Positions 28,331-38,993 of a stretch of DNA of 64,000 nt are shown here, one piece after another. Location of the stretch: contig CAYNBB010000001.1 in assembly GCA_964395655.1 (NCBI GenBank), positions 7,121 to 71,120 on the forward strand, given 5' to 3'. A model generated the notes under the pieces. It was given only the letters and a program-made list of their open reading frames with translations, was not told the DNA's origin and did no database searches. The first letter of the stretch is position 1, and each line of letters starts with the position of its first letter. The position numbers and the translations under genes were made by a program. The DNA comes from an uncultured Azospirillaceae bacterium (GTDB taxonomy: Bacteria; Pseudomonadota; Alphaproteobacteria; RF32; CAG-239).

Positions 28331-29066
28331 GAACAAACTCCATAGAATTTTGATAGACCCGTGCCGCAAAAGACGCCGCTTCTTCACCCCGAAGCGCGGC
28401 AAGTTCGGCGGCCTGCTGCGGCAGCTGATCCGGCGTTCCCTCCTGCCCGCGAATCAGTCCCTGTGACGGACCGTCGGTCTCCAGAAGCAGACTTTCGACC
28501 GGGATCCGCGGCACAATATCCGCTTTGCGCGGGTTGCGCAGAATCGACGATGACAAAGAGACATAACCGCCGGCCTCGACAATCCGCCGCAACAGTTCCT
28601 TATTGCCGTTAAACGAATGAAACACAAACTTGACCGGCAAAATCCGCCAATATTCATCAAGCCATTGTCGACAGCGAACGGCATGAATTAACAGCGGACG
28701 TCCGTATTGTTTGGCCAACAAAATCTGCTCTTTAAAAAAAGCATTTTGCGGCTCATAATCTGCATCTCGGCATCGATCCAGTCCGGCTTCGCCGACCAGT
28801 GCCTGCGGGAAACGCTCCAAATACGCCGCCAAACGCCGCTCCCAGCCCGGCTCGGCCTCGCGCACATACCACGGATGCAGCCCGAAAGCCGGAATCACCG
28901 TATCGGGAAATTCCGCAGCCAAAGCCGCGATTTTGTCCCAGTCAGTTTCGACGGCGGCAACGCAGACAAGCTTGCAGACACCGCGGGAAACGGCTTTTTT
29001 GACAACATTTGTTGCATTTTCGAGTTTAAAATCTTGCAAATGTAGGTGAGTATCCATAAACTGCAT
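28323..29066 (-). CDS. tatD: TatD-family metal-dependent hydrolase/DNase
   Basis: MDTHLHL and H..F.G conserved TatD motifs. Overlaps the tcdA start by 8 bp. Confidence 0.8.
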   Translation of the reverse strand: MQFMDTHLHLQDFKLENATNVVKKAVSRGVCKLVCVAAVETDWDKIAALAAEFPDTVIPAFGLHPWYVREAEPGWERRLAAYLERFPQALVGEAGLDRCRDADYEPQNAFFKEQILLAKQYGRPLLIHAVRCRQWLDEYWRILPVKFVFHSFNGNKELLRRIVEAGGYVSLSSSILRNPRKADIVPRIPVESLLLETDGPSQGLIRGQEGTPDQLPQQAAELAALRGEEAASFAARVYQNSMEFVHV

Positions 29067-29112
29067 ACAAACAAAACCTCTGATAAAAACAATGTTAGGA
29101 TAGTATAGAATT

Positions 29113-30207
29113 ATGAGTATTTTGACAAGGCCGATTTTGGAAATAAGCCTGAAGAACATTTTGGACAACTACAACCTTTTGAAAACGATTGCGGCTCATG
29201 CGGTTCCGGCAGCCGTGGTAAAAGACGACTCCTACGGTCTCGGTGCCGCCGTTATTGCTCCGCTGCTGTACGAAAAAGCCGGCTGTCGCAACTTTTTTGT
29301 GGCTCACGCCGTCGAAGGCGAACGAATTTCCGATTTGCTTCCTCTGGCCAAAATTTTTGTTTTGCAGGGGTTCGGCGAAGACAGCAAAGAGCATTTTGAA
29401 AGATGCAAGCAATTGATTCCCGTCATCAGTTCGCCCGAGACGTTTGCCTATTGGAAAGCCAACCGTCCGGACTCGCGCAAAGCGGTGATTCATATCGAAA
29501 CCGGACTCAACCGCCTCGGTTTCCGCGAAAAAGATCTGGCAAAACTCAGCGACAATGATTTGAAAGAATTTTCAATGGTTATGTCGCATCTGGCCTGCGG
29601 CGACGAAAAAGAGCACTTTATGAACACGCATCAGCTGGAAAATTTTGATGCCTTGAAGAATTTGTATTTTCCGGATCTGCCGGCCTCTTTGTCCGCTTCC
29701 GACGGCGTCTTTCTCGGCGAAAACTTTCAGTGGGACATGGTACGCCTCGGCGCAGCGATGTATGGCATCAATACGGCACCCTATCGCCAGAACCAGATGA
29801 AAAATGTGGTCAGAATCAAAGCGCCCGTACTGGAGATCGCCGATTTGCCCAAAGGTGAATTTGTCGGTTACTCGGCTACTTACCGCGCTTCATCCGATCG
29901 TAAAATCGCCATCGTTTCCATCGGTTACGGCGACGGCATTCCGCGCTCGCTGTCAAATGTCGGCAAAGTATATTTTCAGACGCGCGGCAAACTTCAGGAA
30001 AGCCGCGTTATCGGCCGCATGTCCATGGACAATATGATTTGCGACGTCACAAACGTTGACGGATTGGAAGTCGGCGACACGGCTCTGATTGCCGACGATT
30101 TTTATACGCTTGACGACATGGGACGCGATGCCGGAACGATCTCTTATGAAATAATGTCGCGCGTCGGCAAAAACACGCGTTATATTCGTAAATATATTGA
30201 AGAATAA
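29113..30207 (+). CDS. alr: Alanine racemase
   Basis: PLP-binding N-terminus VVKDDSYGLG (compare VVKANAYGHG) and a C-terminal beta domain. Confidence 0.85.
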   Translation: MSILTRPILEISLKNILDNYNLLKTIAAHAVPAAVVKDDSYGLGAAVIAPLLYEKAGCRNFFVAHAVEGERISDLLPLAKIFVLQGFGEDSKEHFERCKQLIPVISSPETFAYWKANRPDSRKAVIHIETGLNRLGFREKDLAKLSDNDLKEFSMVMSHLACGDEKEHFMNTHQLENFDALKNLYFPDLPASLSASDGVFLGENFQWDMVRLGAAMYGINTAPYRQNQMKNVVRIKAPVLEIADLPKGEFVGYSATYRASSDRKIAIVSIGYGDGIPRSLSNVGKVYFQTRGKLQESRVIGRMSMDNMICDVTNVDGLEVGDTALIADDFYTLDDMGRDAGTISYEIMSRVGKNTRYIRKYIEE

Positions 30208-30222
30208 AAAGCCATTTTCGAT

Positions 30223-30254
30223 CTGAACCGCCCTCCGGAAGGAGGACGGTTCAG
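30223..30254. terminator. Bidirectional hairpin terminator between alr and the 904-aa gene
   Basis: ctgaaccgccctccggaaggaggacggttcag forms a ~13-bp stem. Confidence 0.6.
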
Positions 30255-30285
30255 TCGTTTTACGATCTTATCAAAATCAGATTTT

Positions 30286-33000
30286 TCAGCGTCCCATCTG
30301 TCTTTGCCGAACGACACGATCAGCTGTCGAAACAGTTGTCCGTTTTACTTCCTGCGACGTTTCTTCGTGTCTTTCGACGGTTGATGCGACTTTAACTCTT
30401 TCCGTGCTGACAACTTCTTTGTCACGGTTTGTTTCATTCAGCTCATTAACCGTTTCGGTAACAACTTTTGTCTGAACTTCCGCAGGGGCATTCATCGGGT
30501 TGCCGTCAAAGTCCGTCAGCGTTACCGTAGCTTTTCCCGTATCGGAATTTACATCAATATGAACAACACCGTCGGCAGTTACTTTAACGTATTCGCCGTT
30601 TTCCTCCGGCCGCCACAACTGATTGGCCGGAACCCCCAATTCTCTTGCCTCGGCGGCAACCTGCTCAGGTGTATAGGCTTTATAGTCAAGCGTCGTTTCT
30701 GTCGTTTCAAAGCCGGCATATTTCTTGGCCGGAACGGTCTCTTCGCCGTGAGCATATTTAATGACCAGTTTGTCACCGCGCTGCAGATCATCCCTGCTGC
30801 TGACTTCAATCCGTTCGCCGTCGCGGGTGACGTAGATGTCTTCAACTCCCTGCTGCCCCGCCTGAATACTGTTTTTACCGTAAGTGTGGTATATCAGCTT
30901 GGAGGAGGTTGCCGTTTCCGGCTGATATTCCGCCGGTTGGAACGAAGCATCATATTGCAGGTTTTCATAAGTGGTAACTGTCTGATCAACCCATGTTTCA
31001 ACCGGCTCCGTTACGATTTTCTGTTCCACAACGGTTTCCCGATGATCGACTGTCCCGATGCGTATACGGCTGTTATGCATGTCATGGCAATCATCAAGAT
31101 GAGACGAACCGCCAAAAGGAGCATGCGGATTGTATTGGATATCCGTCGGATAACCGATGCCGCCCGCTCTGCCGCTTTCGGAATTATAAAGGGGCAATTT
31201 GGCAGCAAACGCTTTTTCAATCTGCTCCGGCGTATATTCATCCGGACAGTTAAGCATTTTAGCCAATTCAAAATCACCTTTGTATTGAGCTGCCATAACC
31301 GCGGTATGGACGGCATGCTCCGGGGTGCAGCCTTCGGGAAGTTTAACCCACTCTTCAACTTGGGCACGACCGAGCATGCTATTGACAACTTCCTGTCCGG
31401 TCATTCCGTTTTCGCCCAGTTTGTCAGCCACTAACGGATAGTATTCATTAATATGAGCCACGCGGTATTCGTAGAATCTCTGAACCTGCGCAGAAGTAGA
31501 GAAATCATGCGCGGATACAGGCACTTCTGTTTCGTTACCCGTACCAGTCTGAGCCTCAGGTTCTGTTGAGGTTTGAGGTTCAGACTCCGGCTGAACCTGC
31601 GACTCGGGCTGAGTCTGGGGCTCGGTTTCCGGCTGTACCTGCAGCTCGGGCTGAGTCTGAGGCTCGGTTTCCGCCGAAACAACCTGGGTCTCAGCTCCGT
31701 GCATTCCGCCAACAGCTGCAACCGTGGTCAAACCGATAAGGGTACCAAGGGCACTGCCGGCCAAGACTTTGCGTGCTTTGCTTTTTTGCGCCTTATACTC
31801 CGGGCTGTCGGGATTTAATCCGTAAAGTTTGGAATATTCTTTGGATGCAATCGCTATGGAAGCCGAAGTTGTCGCCGCGGTGCGCAACAGATACTTTCCG
31901 CTGGTAAAATTGTTTTTGATACCTTCCCAGGCGCCGCTCCACGAAAAGCCCGAGGAAGTCGCGCTTGCAACGCTCGCATCGGCTACATTCTGAGCCGCAT
32001 CGGCATTCAGCAGGTTAGAGGTCAACCCTATATTATCAAGGCTCATACCTGTTAATGACAAAGCACTGGTTACGACACCGGCACCCAAAACGACAAATTG
32101 CTCTTTATTGCTCTTGAGATAATCCCAATAGCTTTTTTCTTCTTTTTCAGCGGCCATACGCTGCTGCTGAACAGTCTGCCCCAAGCGGTAAGTACTGTAA
32201 ACGGCAATGCCTACGCCTCCGAACAAAACCGAAATAGCGCCTGTCTTGGCAAGACTCTTGGCAAACGGATAAGCCTTCGGATATGCTTTGGTGAGCTTTT
32301 CATCTACTTTTTTGACCTCTTTGGCAAAAGCAGTCAGACCGGTATGGTCTGCCAAACGTTTGGCAAACTTTGTCAGTGAATTCATTTTTGAAGCCAGAAA
32401 ACCAACCGCAGCTTTGCCGCTGATCCGGATTTTTTCTTTTCTTTCTGCGGAGAACAAAGACGTAAAAAGCTTAGTCGCTTTTGCTTTGGCCACCGCACCG
32501 GTCAGTTTTTTACCTTTGGAAACCATTTCAGAAACAGCAGAAACGGCTACCAGCTGAACACAATTAGCCGACATAATGTTCTGTAACAGCTTTTTATAAT
32601 CTTCCGGCTTTGCTCTGCCTTCCAGAATTTCTTTTTCCGCTTCCTTGGCCGAAACTTCTTCTATCTGGCGGCGCAACTCTTCTGCGTTAACGTTATCGGA
32701 GTCTTTGTCATTGGTAATTTCAATTCCGCTCCAGAAATTGTCCATGCCCTTTTTGAAAGCCTCATCTTCGACATAAGCATCCTTTACGGCGGCCAAAGCG
32801 GTCTGGCGCCGTTCGATTTCAACCTTGGCAGCGGTATCGGCGGCTTTCATATCCTTTTCGGAAAATTCGTTCTGAAAAGCGGCCAGGTTCTCGGTGTCTC
32901 CGGCATCACGCAAAACCTGCTCGACTTCCCACAGTTCAAACAGGCTGCGAGATTTCAAATTACCGGCTTTTACAATTTTGACAGCATCTTGAAGTTCCAT
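30286..33000 (-). CDS. Large (904 aa) membrane-associated, low-complexity, effector-like protein with tandem peptide repeats
   Basis: N-terminal coiled-coil region and three hydrophobic helices. Three tandem 14-aa repeats ETEPQTQPELQVQP. C-terminal region has Cys/His-containing segments (DDCHDMHNSRIRIGTVDH). RBS AGAGGA. Confidence 0.6.
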   Translation of the reverse strand: MELQDAVKIVKAGNLKSRSLFELWEVEQVLRDAGDTENLAAFQNEFSEKDMKAADTAAKVEIERRQTALAAVKDAYVEDEAFKKGMDNFWSGIEITNDKDSDNVNAEELRRQIEEVSAKEAEKEILEGRAKPEDYKKLLQNIMSANCVQLVAVSAVSEMVSKGKKLTGAVAKAKATKLFTSLFSAERKEKIRISGKAAVGFLASKMNSLTKFAKRLADHTGLTAFAKEVKKVDEKLTKAYPKAYPFAKSLAKTGAISVLFGGVGIAVYSTYRLGQTVQQQRMAAEKEEKSYWDYLKSNKEQFVVLGAGVVTSALSLTGMSLDNIGLTSNLLNADAAQNVADASVASATSSGFSWSGAWEGIKNNFTSGKYLLRTAATTSASIAIASKEYSKLYGLNPDSPEYKAQKSKARKVLAGSALGTLIGLTTVAAVGGMHGAETQVVSAETEPQTQPELQVQPETEPQTQPESQVQPESEPQTSTEPEAQTGTGNETEVPVSAHDFSTSAQVQRFYEYRVAHINEYYPLVADKLGENGMTGQEVVNSMLGRAQVEEWVKLPEGCTPEHAVHTAVMAAQYKGDFELAKMLNCPDEYTPEQIEKAFAAKLPLYNSESGRAGGIGYPTDIQYNPHAPFGGSSHLDDCHDMHNSRIRIGTVDHRETVVEQKIVTEPVETWVDQTVTTYENLQYDASFQPAEYQPETATSSKLIYHTYGKNSIQAGQQGVEDIYVTRDGERIEVSSRDDLQRGDKLVIKYAHGEETVPAKKYAGFETTETTLDYKAYTPEQVAAEARELGVPANQLWRPEENGEYVKVTADGVVHIDVNSDTGKATVTLTDFDGNPMNAPAEVQTKVVTETVNELNETNRDKEVVSTERVKVASTVERHEETSQEVKRTTVSTADRVVRQRQMGR
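31540..31690. repeat. Tandem 42-bp DNA repeats inside the 904-aa gene, encoding the TEPQTQPE(L/S)QVQPE repeats
   Basis: gactcgggctgagtctg(g/a)ggctcggtttccggctgtacctgca recurs in tandem. Confidence 0.8.
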
Positions 33001-33180
33001 GTTTTTGTCCTCTGTTGAAGACTGCGTTAAACAGCCCTGATGTTCCTAATTGCCGGTAATATATCATAATTTTTAAAGCCGCGCAATATATTTTTGTCAA
33101 TTTTTGTATTTTTCTTTAAATTGACAAATTTCTTTGATCCAAGCTTTATTTTAGCACTAAATTGTTAATATTTCACTATA

Positions 33181-33210
33181 AAAAATCCCCGTATTTGCAA
33201 AAATACGGGG
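33181..33210 (-). terminator. Rho-independent terminator of ileS
   Basis: Hairpin ccccgtattt..aaatacgggg followed on the minus strand by TTTTT. Confidence 0.8.
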
Positions 33211-33231
33211 AGAATTCAGGCCGGCAGACTA

Positions 33232-36200
33232 TCAGGCGACTTTGGCGTCAAAACAGATGTCCTTACCCTCAATATCGGCTTTGGTGCCGCCGGCGCAACC
33301 GCTGCCGAACTTAACAGCCAAAACCTGCTCGGAAATATAGGACTTGTTTTCTTCCAGTGCCTGAGCCAATTCGCTGTCCGAGGTTGCATAGCACAATTCG
33401 ATGCGGTCGGAGATGTTAAAATCCTTATCCTTGCGCATTGTTTGCACCAGACGGACAAAATCACGCGCCATGCCTTCGCGCTTGAGTTCTTCGGTTACGA
33501 CCGTATCCAGCGTTACCACGGCTTTATTGTCGGCAAAAGCGCGACCGGCGACACCGTCTTTCATTTCCAGACGAACTTCAAATAAATCGTTTTTGAGCAC
33601 TTGCCCGCCGATATTCAACGTGCCGTCGCCGTTTAATGTCCACTGCCCCTGCTTGTATGCAGCCATGACGGCGCCCATGTCTTTGCCGAGCGCTTTTCCC
33701 AAAAGCGGCGTATAGAGATAAATCTTCTTCTCGGCATATTTGCCTAAGTTATTGTCAAACAGGACTTCCTTGACGTTCAGCTCGTCTTTGACAATCTCCT
33801 GATAAGATTTGTCAAAGGCGGCTCCGACAACCGTCAGGCTGCTCAGCGGCAAACGGTTGCGCAAATTGTTTTCCTCGCGGATAAACTTGGCGGCAGAACA
33901 CAAATCCTGTACGAAATCCATCTCGTTCATCAGTTTCTCGTCCGGCGTGATTTCGTTCAAAGCCGGATAATCAACCAGATGTACGGATTCCTCTCCGGTC
34001 AGATTTTTGAAAATATGTTCGGTAACAAACGGCATTAACGGCGCCATGATCTTGCACAAGTTTACCAAAACAGTGTAAAGCGTGTCAAACGCCTGCGTAT
34101 CTCCTTCCCAGAAGCGATCGCGGGTGCGACGGATATACCAGTTGTTTAAGACTTCCATAAAAGACGCAATTTCATTGCAGCTCAACGCCACGTCATAAGT
34201 ATCCAACCCCTGTTTGACAACGTCGCGCAGGTGCTTGAGCTTGGAAAGGATATAATTGTCTATCGCCTCGCCGGAAGAGCTGATTTCTTCGGCTTTGTAA
34301 CCTTCGGCATTGGCATAGAGCGTAAAGAAGTAAAAAGCGTTCCACAGCGGGATCTGCGCAACCCGAGCCGCTTTGGCAATCTCTTTGCCTTCAAGGTCAA
34401 TGGCCAGGTTGCCGCCTTTCAGAACCGGAGAGGAAACCAGGAACCAGCGCAGCGTGTCCGAGCCCATGATATCCAGAACATTGTTGGGATCCGGATAGTT
34501 TTTCAGACGTTTGGAAAGCTTCTGCCCCCCTTCCGCCATTAACAAACCGGTGCAGATGCAGTTTTTGAAAGCCGGACGGTTGTGCAACGCGGTTGACAAA
34601 ACCGTCAGCGTATAGAACCAGCCGCGGGTCTGATCCATGGCCTCGACAATGAAGTCGGCCGGGAAATGGTTTTCGAACCACTCCTTGTTGTCAAACGGAT
34701 AATGCACCTGCGCATAGGGCATTGAACCGGATTCAAACCAGCAATCAAAAACGTCGCCGACGCGGCGCATCATGGTTTGTCCGGACGGATCGTCGGGATT
34801 GGGATAAACTACGTCATCAATGTAAGGCTTGTGCAAATTGCCGACTTCGATGCCGGTCTTTTCCTTAATCTCGGCAACAGAACCGAAAACATCAATCCGC
34901 GGAAACTTCGGATTATCCGATTTCCAGACCGGAATCGGCGTCCCCCAGAAACGGTTGCGAGAAATCGACCAGTCGCGCGCGCCTTCCAGCCATTTGCCGA
35001 AACGACCGTCTTTAATATGCTCCGGAACCCAGTTGATCTGCTGATTATTCTTAACCATTTCGTCGCGGAAGTCGGTCACTTTGACAAACCAGCTCGACAT
35101 TGCCTTGTAGATCAGCGGAGTGTCGGTACGCCAGCAGAAAGGATAAGAGTGGGTGTACTGCTCTTTTTTGACCAGCAGACCGTTTTCCTTGAGCCACTGC
35201 ATAATCGGTTCATTGGTCTCAAACACCTGTCTGCCCTGATAATCCGGCACTTCAGCAGTGAATTTTCCGGCTTCGTCTACGGGGCAGACTACCGGGAAAT
35301 TCTCGTCATAGGCGCGGCAGGCCTCAAAGTCGTCCTGACCGAAACCCGGTGCAATATGAACAACGCCGGTACCGTCTTCGGTCGAAACAAACTCACCTGA
35401 CAAAACTTTAAAGCAGCCCTGTTCTTTTAAATGTTTAAAGTAAGGGAACATCGGCTCATAGCTCATGCCAACCAAATCGGCACCTTTCATTGAACCGACC
35501 TCCGCTGCTTTTTCGAGTTGTTTCTTATAACGTCCGAGCAACGCCCGCGCCAAAACATATTTCTGCCCGTCTTCTTCCATGACCACGTAATCAATGTCTT
35601 TACCGACGGCAAGCATCAGATTGGAAGGCAGGGTCCAGGGCGTTGTTGTCCAAACCAAAATTTTCATACCGTTTTCAAGCTTAAACATAACGGTTATGGC
35701 ATTATCGGTTTTATCCTGATAGCCCTGATTGACTTCAAAATTGGACAACGGCGTTTCGGCTGCCCAGGAATAAGGCAAAACGCGGTAATCTTCATAAACC
35801 AGACCTTTGTCATAAAGCTGCTTGAAATTGCTAATGACGCTTTCCATAAACGGCAGATCCATAGTTTTGTAGTCATGGCTGAAATCTACCCAGCGGCCGA
35901 TACGCTTGAACATATCGACCCAGATGCCGGAATATTTAAGCACGTCGGAACGGCAGAAGTCATTAAACTTTTCGACGCCGTATTCCTCAATCTGTTTGCG
36001 GCCGGATACGCCGAGCTGTTTTTCGGCTGACATTTCGGCCGGCAGGCCGTGACAGTCCCAACCGAGGCGGCGGTCGACTTTTTTGCCGTTCATGGTCTGA
36101 TAGCGGGCAACCACGTCCTTGACATAAGACACCATTATATGTCCGTAATGCGGCGTGCCGTTGGCAAACGGCGGCCCGTCATAGAATACGAATTCGGCTG

Positions 36201-36321
36201 CTCCGTCGCGGTTGCGAACGGACTTTTCAAAAGTCTTGTCTTCGTCCCAGAACTTGAGGACTTCTTTTTCGATCTCGACAAAGTCGGGTTTGGCCTTGAC
36301 CTCGGCATAATGTTCAGTCAT
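33232..36321 (-). CDS. ileS: Isoleucyl-tRNA synthetase (long, type-2-like form, ~1030 aa)
   Basis: HYGH and KMSKS class I motifs, editing domain. The start was set at MTEHYAEVK (36321); the ORF tracker's 125-aa N-terminal extension is non-coding read-through. Confidence 0.95.
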   Translation of the reverse strand: MTEHYAEVKAKPDFVEIEKEVLKFWDEDKTFEKSVRNRDGAAEFVFYDGPPFANGTPHYGHIMVSYVKDVVARYQTMNGKKVDRRLGWDCHGLPAEMSAEKQLGVSGRKQIEEYGVEKFNDFCRSDVLKYSGIWVDMFKRIGRWVDFSHDYKTMDLPFMESVISNFKQLYDKGLVYEDYRVLPYSWAAETPLSNFEVNQGYQDKTDNAITVMFKLENGMKILVWTTTPWTLPSNLMLAVGKDIDYVVMEEDGQKYVLARALLGRYKKQLEKAAEVGSMKGADLVGMSYEPMFPYFKHLKEQGCFKVLSGEFVSTEDGTGVVHIAPGFGQDDFEACRAYDENFPVVCPVDEAGKFTAEVPDYQGRQVFETNEPIMQWLKENGLLVKKEQYTHSYPFCWRTDTPLIYKAMSSWFVKVTDFRDEMVKNNQQINWVPEHIKDGRFGKWLEGARDWSISRNRFWGTPIPVWKSDNPKFPRIDVFGSVAEIKEKTGIEVGNLHKPYIDDVVYPNPDDPSGQTMMRRVGDVFDCWFESGSMPYAQVHYPFDNKEWFENHFPADFIVEAMDQTRGWFYTLTVLSTALHNRPAFKNCICTGLLMAEGGQKLSKRLKNYPDPNNVLDIMGSDTLRWFLVSSPVLKGGNLAIDLEGKEIAKAARVAQIPLWNAFYFFTLYANAEGYKAEEISSSGEAIDNYILSKLKHLRDVVKQGLDTYDVALSCNEIASFMEVLNNWYIRRTRDRFWEGDTQAFDTLYTVLVNLCKIMAPLMPFVTEHIFKNLTGEESVHLVDYPALNEITPDEKLMNEMDFVQDLCSAAKFIREENNLRNRLPLSSLTVVGAAFDKSYQEIVKDELNVKEVLFDNNLGKYAEKKIYLYTPLLGKALGKDMGAVMAAYKQGQWTLNGDGTLNIGGQVLKNDLFEVRLEMKDGVAGRAFADNKAVVTLDTVVTEELKREGMARDFVRLVQTMRKDKDFNISDRIELCYATSDSELAQALEENKSYISEQVLAVKFGSGCAGGTKADIEGKDICFDAKVA

Positions 36322-36382
36322 CTGTAAACACCTTGATTTATTTGATTGATTATATACGGAAAAACGTTTGAATATGTGCAGC

Positions 36383-36407
36383 AAAAAAGAACATCCCCCT
36401 AGGGGAT
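36383..36407 (-). terminator. Rho-independent terminator of anmK
   Basis: Palindrome atccccctaggggat followed on the minus strand by a T-run. Confidence 0.6.
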
Positions 36408-36532
36408 AATACGGAATATGACATGTATGTAAAAACTGCGCATAAATTCTCTCTTTACGGTAAATTCGCGGTTTAGGATAATACAATGAATCGGCGGAGT
36501 CAATTATAAAGTATATTTCACAACATGTATAT

Positions 36533-37624
36533 TTATTCGAAAACTTCGCCGCAGATGCACGGCTCGGCAACACCTGTCGTAAAAGGATAAGATGTCGGCA
36601 TAAAATTGAGCCGCCGGACAGCAAGATATGCAAAGGCCTGCGCTTCAATTCCTTCGGAATCCATATCATAGTATTCCGCGGTCTGAACATCGGCATTTAT
36701 CAGTTTTTGCCGCAGAAAGCGCAGTAATGTCGGATTGCGGGCGCCTTCGCCGCAGACAACGACAACCGACGGCATTTCCGGCAGATAAAGCGCCATTGAA
36801 TAAGCCGTTTCCTCGGCAATAAACGACGTCGCCGTAGCAGCGCCGTCGGCCAGCGACAAGCCTTCCAGATTTTCGAGTTTTTCGCGAAAAGTATATTTAT
36901 CAGCCGCTTTCGGAGGATATTTTGCCAAAAATTTATGACGCATCAAAGCAGCCAGGACATGACCGTCAATTTGTCCCGACGCCGCCAGCGAGCCGTTATA
37001 ATCCGTCTGCTGCCCGGCATGTTTGAAAACCCAGTCGTTAACGCCATTTAGCCCGACGCCGACATCAAAAGCCTTCATTTCGCCGTTGGCTCCAATCCAC
37101 GTCAGCGAAGCCAGACCGCCGATATTGAGAAAGACTGCCGGTTTGGGAAGCTTTTGCGCCAAAGCCATGTGATAGATCGGCGACAACGGCGCGCCCTGGC
37201 CTCCGGCAGCAATATCGGCATGTCGGAAGCGCCCGACAACGCGGATCCCGGATTTATCCGCCAGATACTGCGAATCGCCGAGTTGGGAAATCTGCCCTTC
37301 GGCCGCTTTGTGAAACAGCGTATGTCCGTGAAAGCCGATAATATCCGGCGGCGTTTCGACCGAATTTTTAACTTCAGCGACAATTTCAAGGTTAAATTCG
37401 GTAAAACGGCGCTCAATCGTATCCTTTTCTTCCGCCGAAATTTCTTCGGGACGGCTATGCAGCCGGCGCAAATCCTCAGCCAAACCATCGTCAAAAGGAA
37501 ACTCCAATGACTTCCGGGCTTCAAAAACATCAACTCCGTCGGTACGGATCAGGGCGGCGCGCACCCCCTGTAAAGACGAACCGCTCATCAGTCCGAGAGC
37601 ATTTTGCGCTTTTAAGGCTTCCAT
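36533..37624 (-). CDS. anmK: Anhydro-N-acetylmuramic acid kinase
   Basis: LGLMSGSSLQGV N-terminus (compare GLMSGTSLDG) and an ASKHA fold. The start at the MEALK Met is preferred. Confidence 0.85.
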   Translation of the reverse strand: MEALKAQNALGLMSGSSLQGVRAALIRTDGVDVFEARKSLEFPFDDGLAEDLRRLHSRPEEISAEEKDTIERRFTEFNLEIVAEVKNSVETPPDIIGFHGHTLFHKAAEGQISQLGDSQYLADKSGIRVVGRFRHADIAAGGQGAPLSPIYHMALAQKLPKPAVFLNIGGLASLTWIGANGEMKAFDVGVGLNGVNDWVFKHAGQQTDYNGSLAASGQIDGHVLAALMRHKFLAKYPPKAADKYTFREKLENLEGLSLADGAATATSFIAEETAYSMALYLPEMPSVVVVCGEGARNPTLLRFLRQKLINADVQTAEYYDMDSEGIEAQAFAYLAVRRLNFMPTSYPFTTGVAEPCICGEVFE

Positions 37625-37723
37625 TGTAAAAAAATATTCTCCCAAGCTTGCATTGTTGTTTTTATATGCTAATATAGCCAAGTTAAAATTTAGTTAGAAA
37701 ACGATATGATAAGGAAAGGAATA

Positions 37724-38971
37724 ATGAGCCGATTTAAGTCACAGTTCATGAACATCATGACGGAAAGGGGGTTCTACAATCAATGCACAAACGAGGACGG
37801 TTTTGACGCCTACCTCTACCAATGCGAAAAAGATGGCAAACCCGCTGTCGGCTATCTGGGTTCCGATCCGACCGGCGACAGCCTGCATGTCGGACACATT
37901 GTGCCTTTGATGATGATGCGCTGGTTTCAGAAATGCGGTCATAAGCCCCTTACCCTGGTCGGCGGCGCCACGGCGCGCATCGGAGATCCTTCCGGCAAAG
38001 ACAAATTGCGTCCGTTTCTGAGTGAGGAAACTCTGGCGCATAATGTCGAAGGCCTTAAAAAGTCTTTTTCCAAATTCCTTAAATTCGGCAATGGCGCGAC
38101 AGACGCGGTAATGGTCGACAACTGGAACTGGTTCAAAGACATCAATTACCTTGCCTTTCTGCGCGACGTCGGCACTTATTACTCCGTCAACCGCATGCTG
38201 ACGATGGAAAGCGTCAAGACCAGACTTGACCGCGAACAGCCGATGAGCTTTTTGGAATTTAACTATATGTTGCTGCAAGGATACGATTTCTGCAAACTTT
38301 ATCAGCAATACGGCTGCCGCGCACAAATTGCCGGCTCCGATCAATGGGGCAACATCACTTCGGGTACCGAACTCGGCCGCCGCAAGTATGACGTTGAACT
38401 GTTCGGTTTCACCAGCCCGATTATTACCGACTCTGCCGGCAAGAAAATGGGCAAGTCGGAAGGCAATGCGGTCTGGATTAATGACGAAAAACTGCCGGCT
38501 TACGACTATTATCAATACTTCCGTAACATCGGCGACGCGGAAGTCGGCAAATGCCTGCGCATTTTTACGGATCTACCGATGGATGAAATCCGTCGTCTGG
38601 AAGCTCTGAAAGATCAGGAGATAAACGAGGCTAAAAAAATACTGGCTTTTGAAGCAACAAAAATCTGCCGCGGAGAAGCTGAAGCCGAAGCCTCCAGAAA
38701 AACTGCCGTTCAGGTCTTTGAACAGGGCACGGCCGGCGGCGAATTGCCCAGCATCGAGGTTTCCGGCGACATCGGCGTTCTGGATGCCTTTTTGCAGCTC
38801 GGTTTCGTCGCCAGCAAAGGCGAAGCGCGTCGTCTCATTAAACAAAACGGCCTCAAAATTAACGATCAGATCGTCAGTGACGAAAACTATGTCATTACCG
38901 CAAAAGACTTTGCAGACGGACAGGCAAAACTCTCACAGGGCAAAAAGAAACACGGGTTGCTCAAGAGATAG
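37724..38971 (+). CDS. tyrS: Tyrosyl-tRNA synthetase
   Basis: HVGH (HIGH) and KMGKS motifs. C-terminal S4 domain. Confidence 0.95.
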   Translation: MSRFKSQFMNIMTERGFYNQCTNEDGFDAYLYQCEKDGKPAVGYLGSDPTGDSLHVGHIVPLMMMRWFQKCGHKPLTLVGGATARIGDPSGKDKLRPFLSEETLAHNVEGLKKSFSKFLKFGNGATDAVMVDNWNWFKDINYLAFLRDVGTYYSVNRMLTMESVKTRLDREQPMSFLEFNYMLLQGYDFCKLYQQYGCRAQIAGSDQWGNITSGTELGRRKYDVELFGFTSPIITDSAGKKMGKSEGNAVWINDEKLPAYDYYQYFRNIGDAEVGKCLRIFTDLPMDEIRRLEALKDQEINEAKKILAFEATKICRGEAEAEASRKTAVQVFEQGTAGGELPSIEVSGDIGVLDAFLQLGFVASKGEARRLIKQNGLKINDQIVSDENYVITAKDFADGQAKLSQGKKKHGLLKR

Positions 38972-38993
38972 CATTTGCAACAACCGTTCGTTT

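Noticed and set aside
36322-36696. 125-aa N-terminal extension of ileS in the ORF track
   Set aside because: The extension is not IleS-like. The conserved IleS N-terminus begins at MTEHYAEVK (36321).
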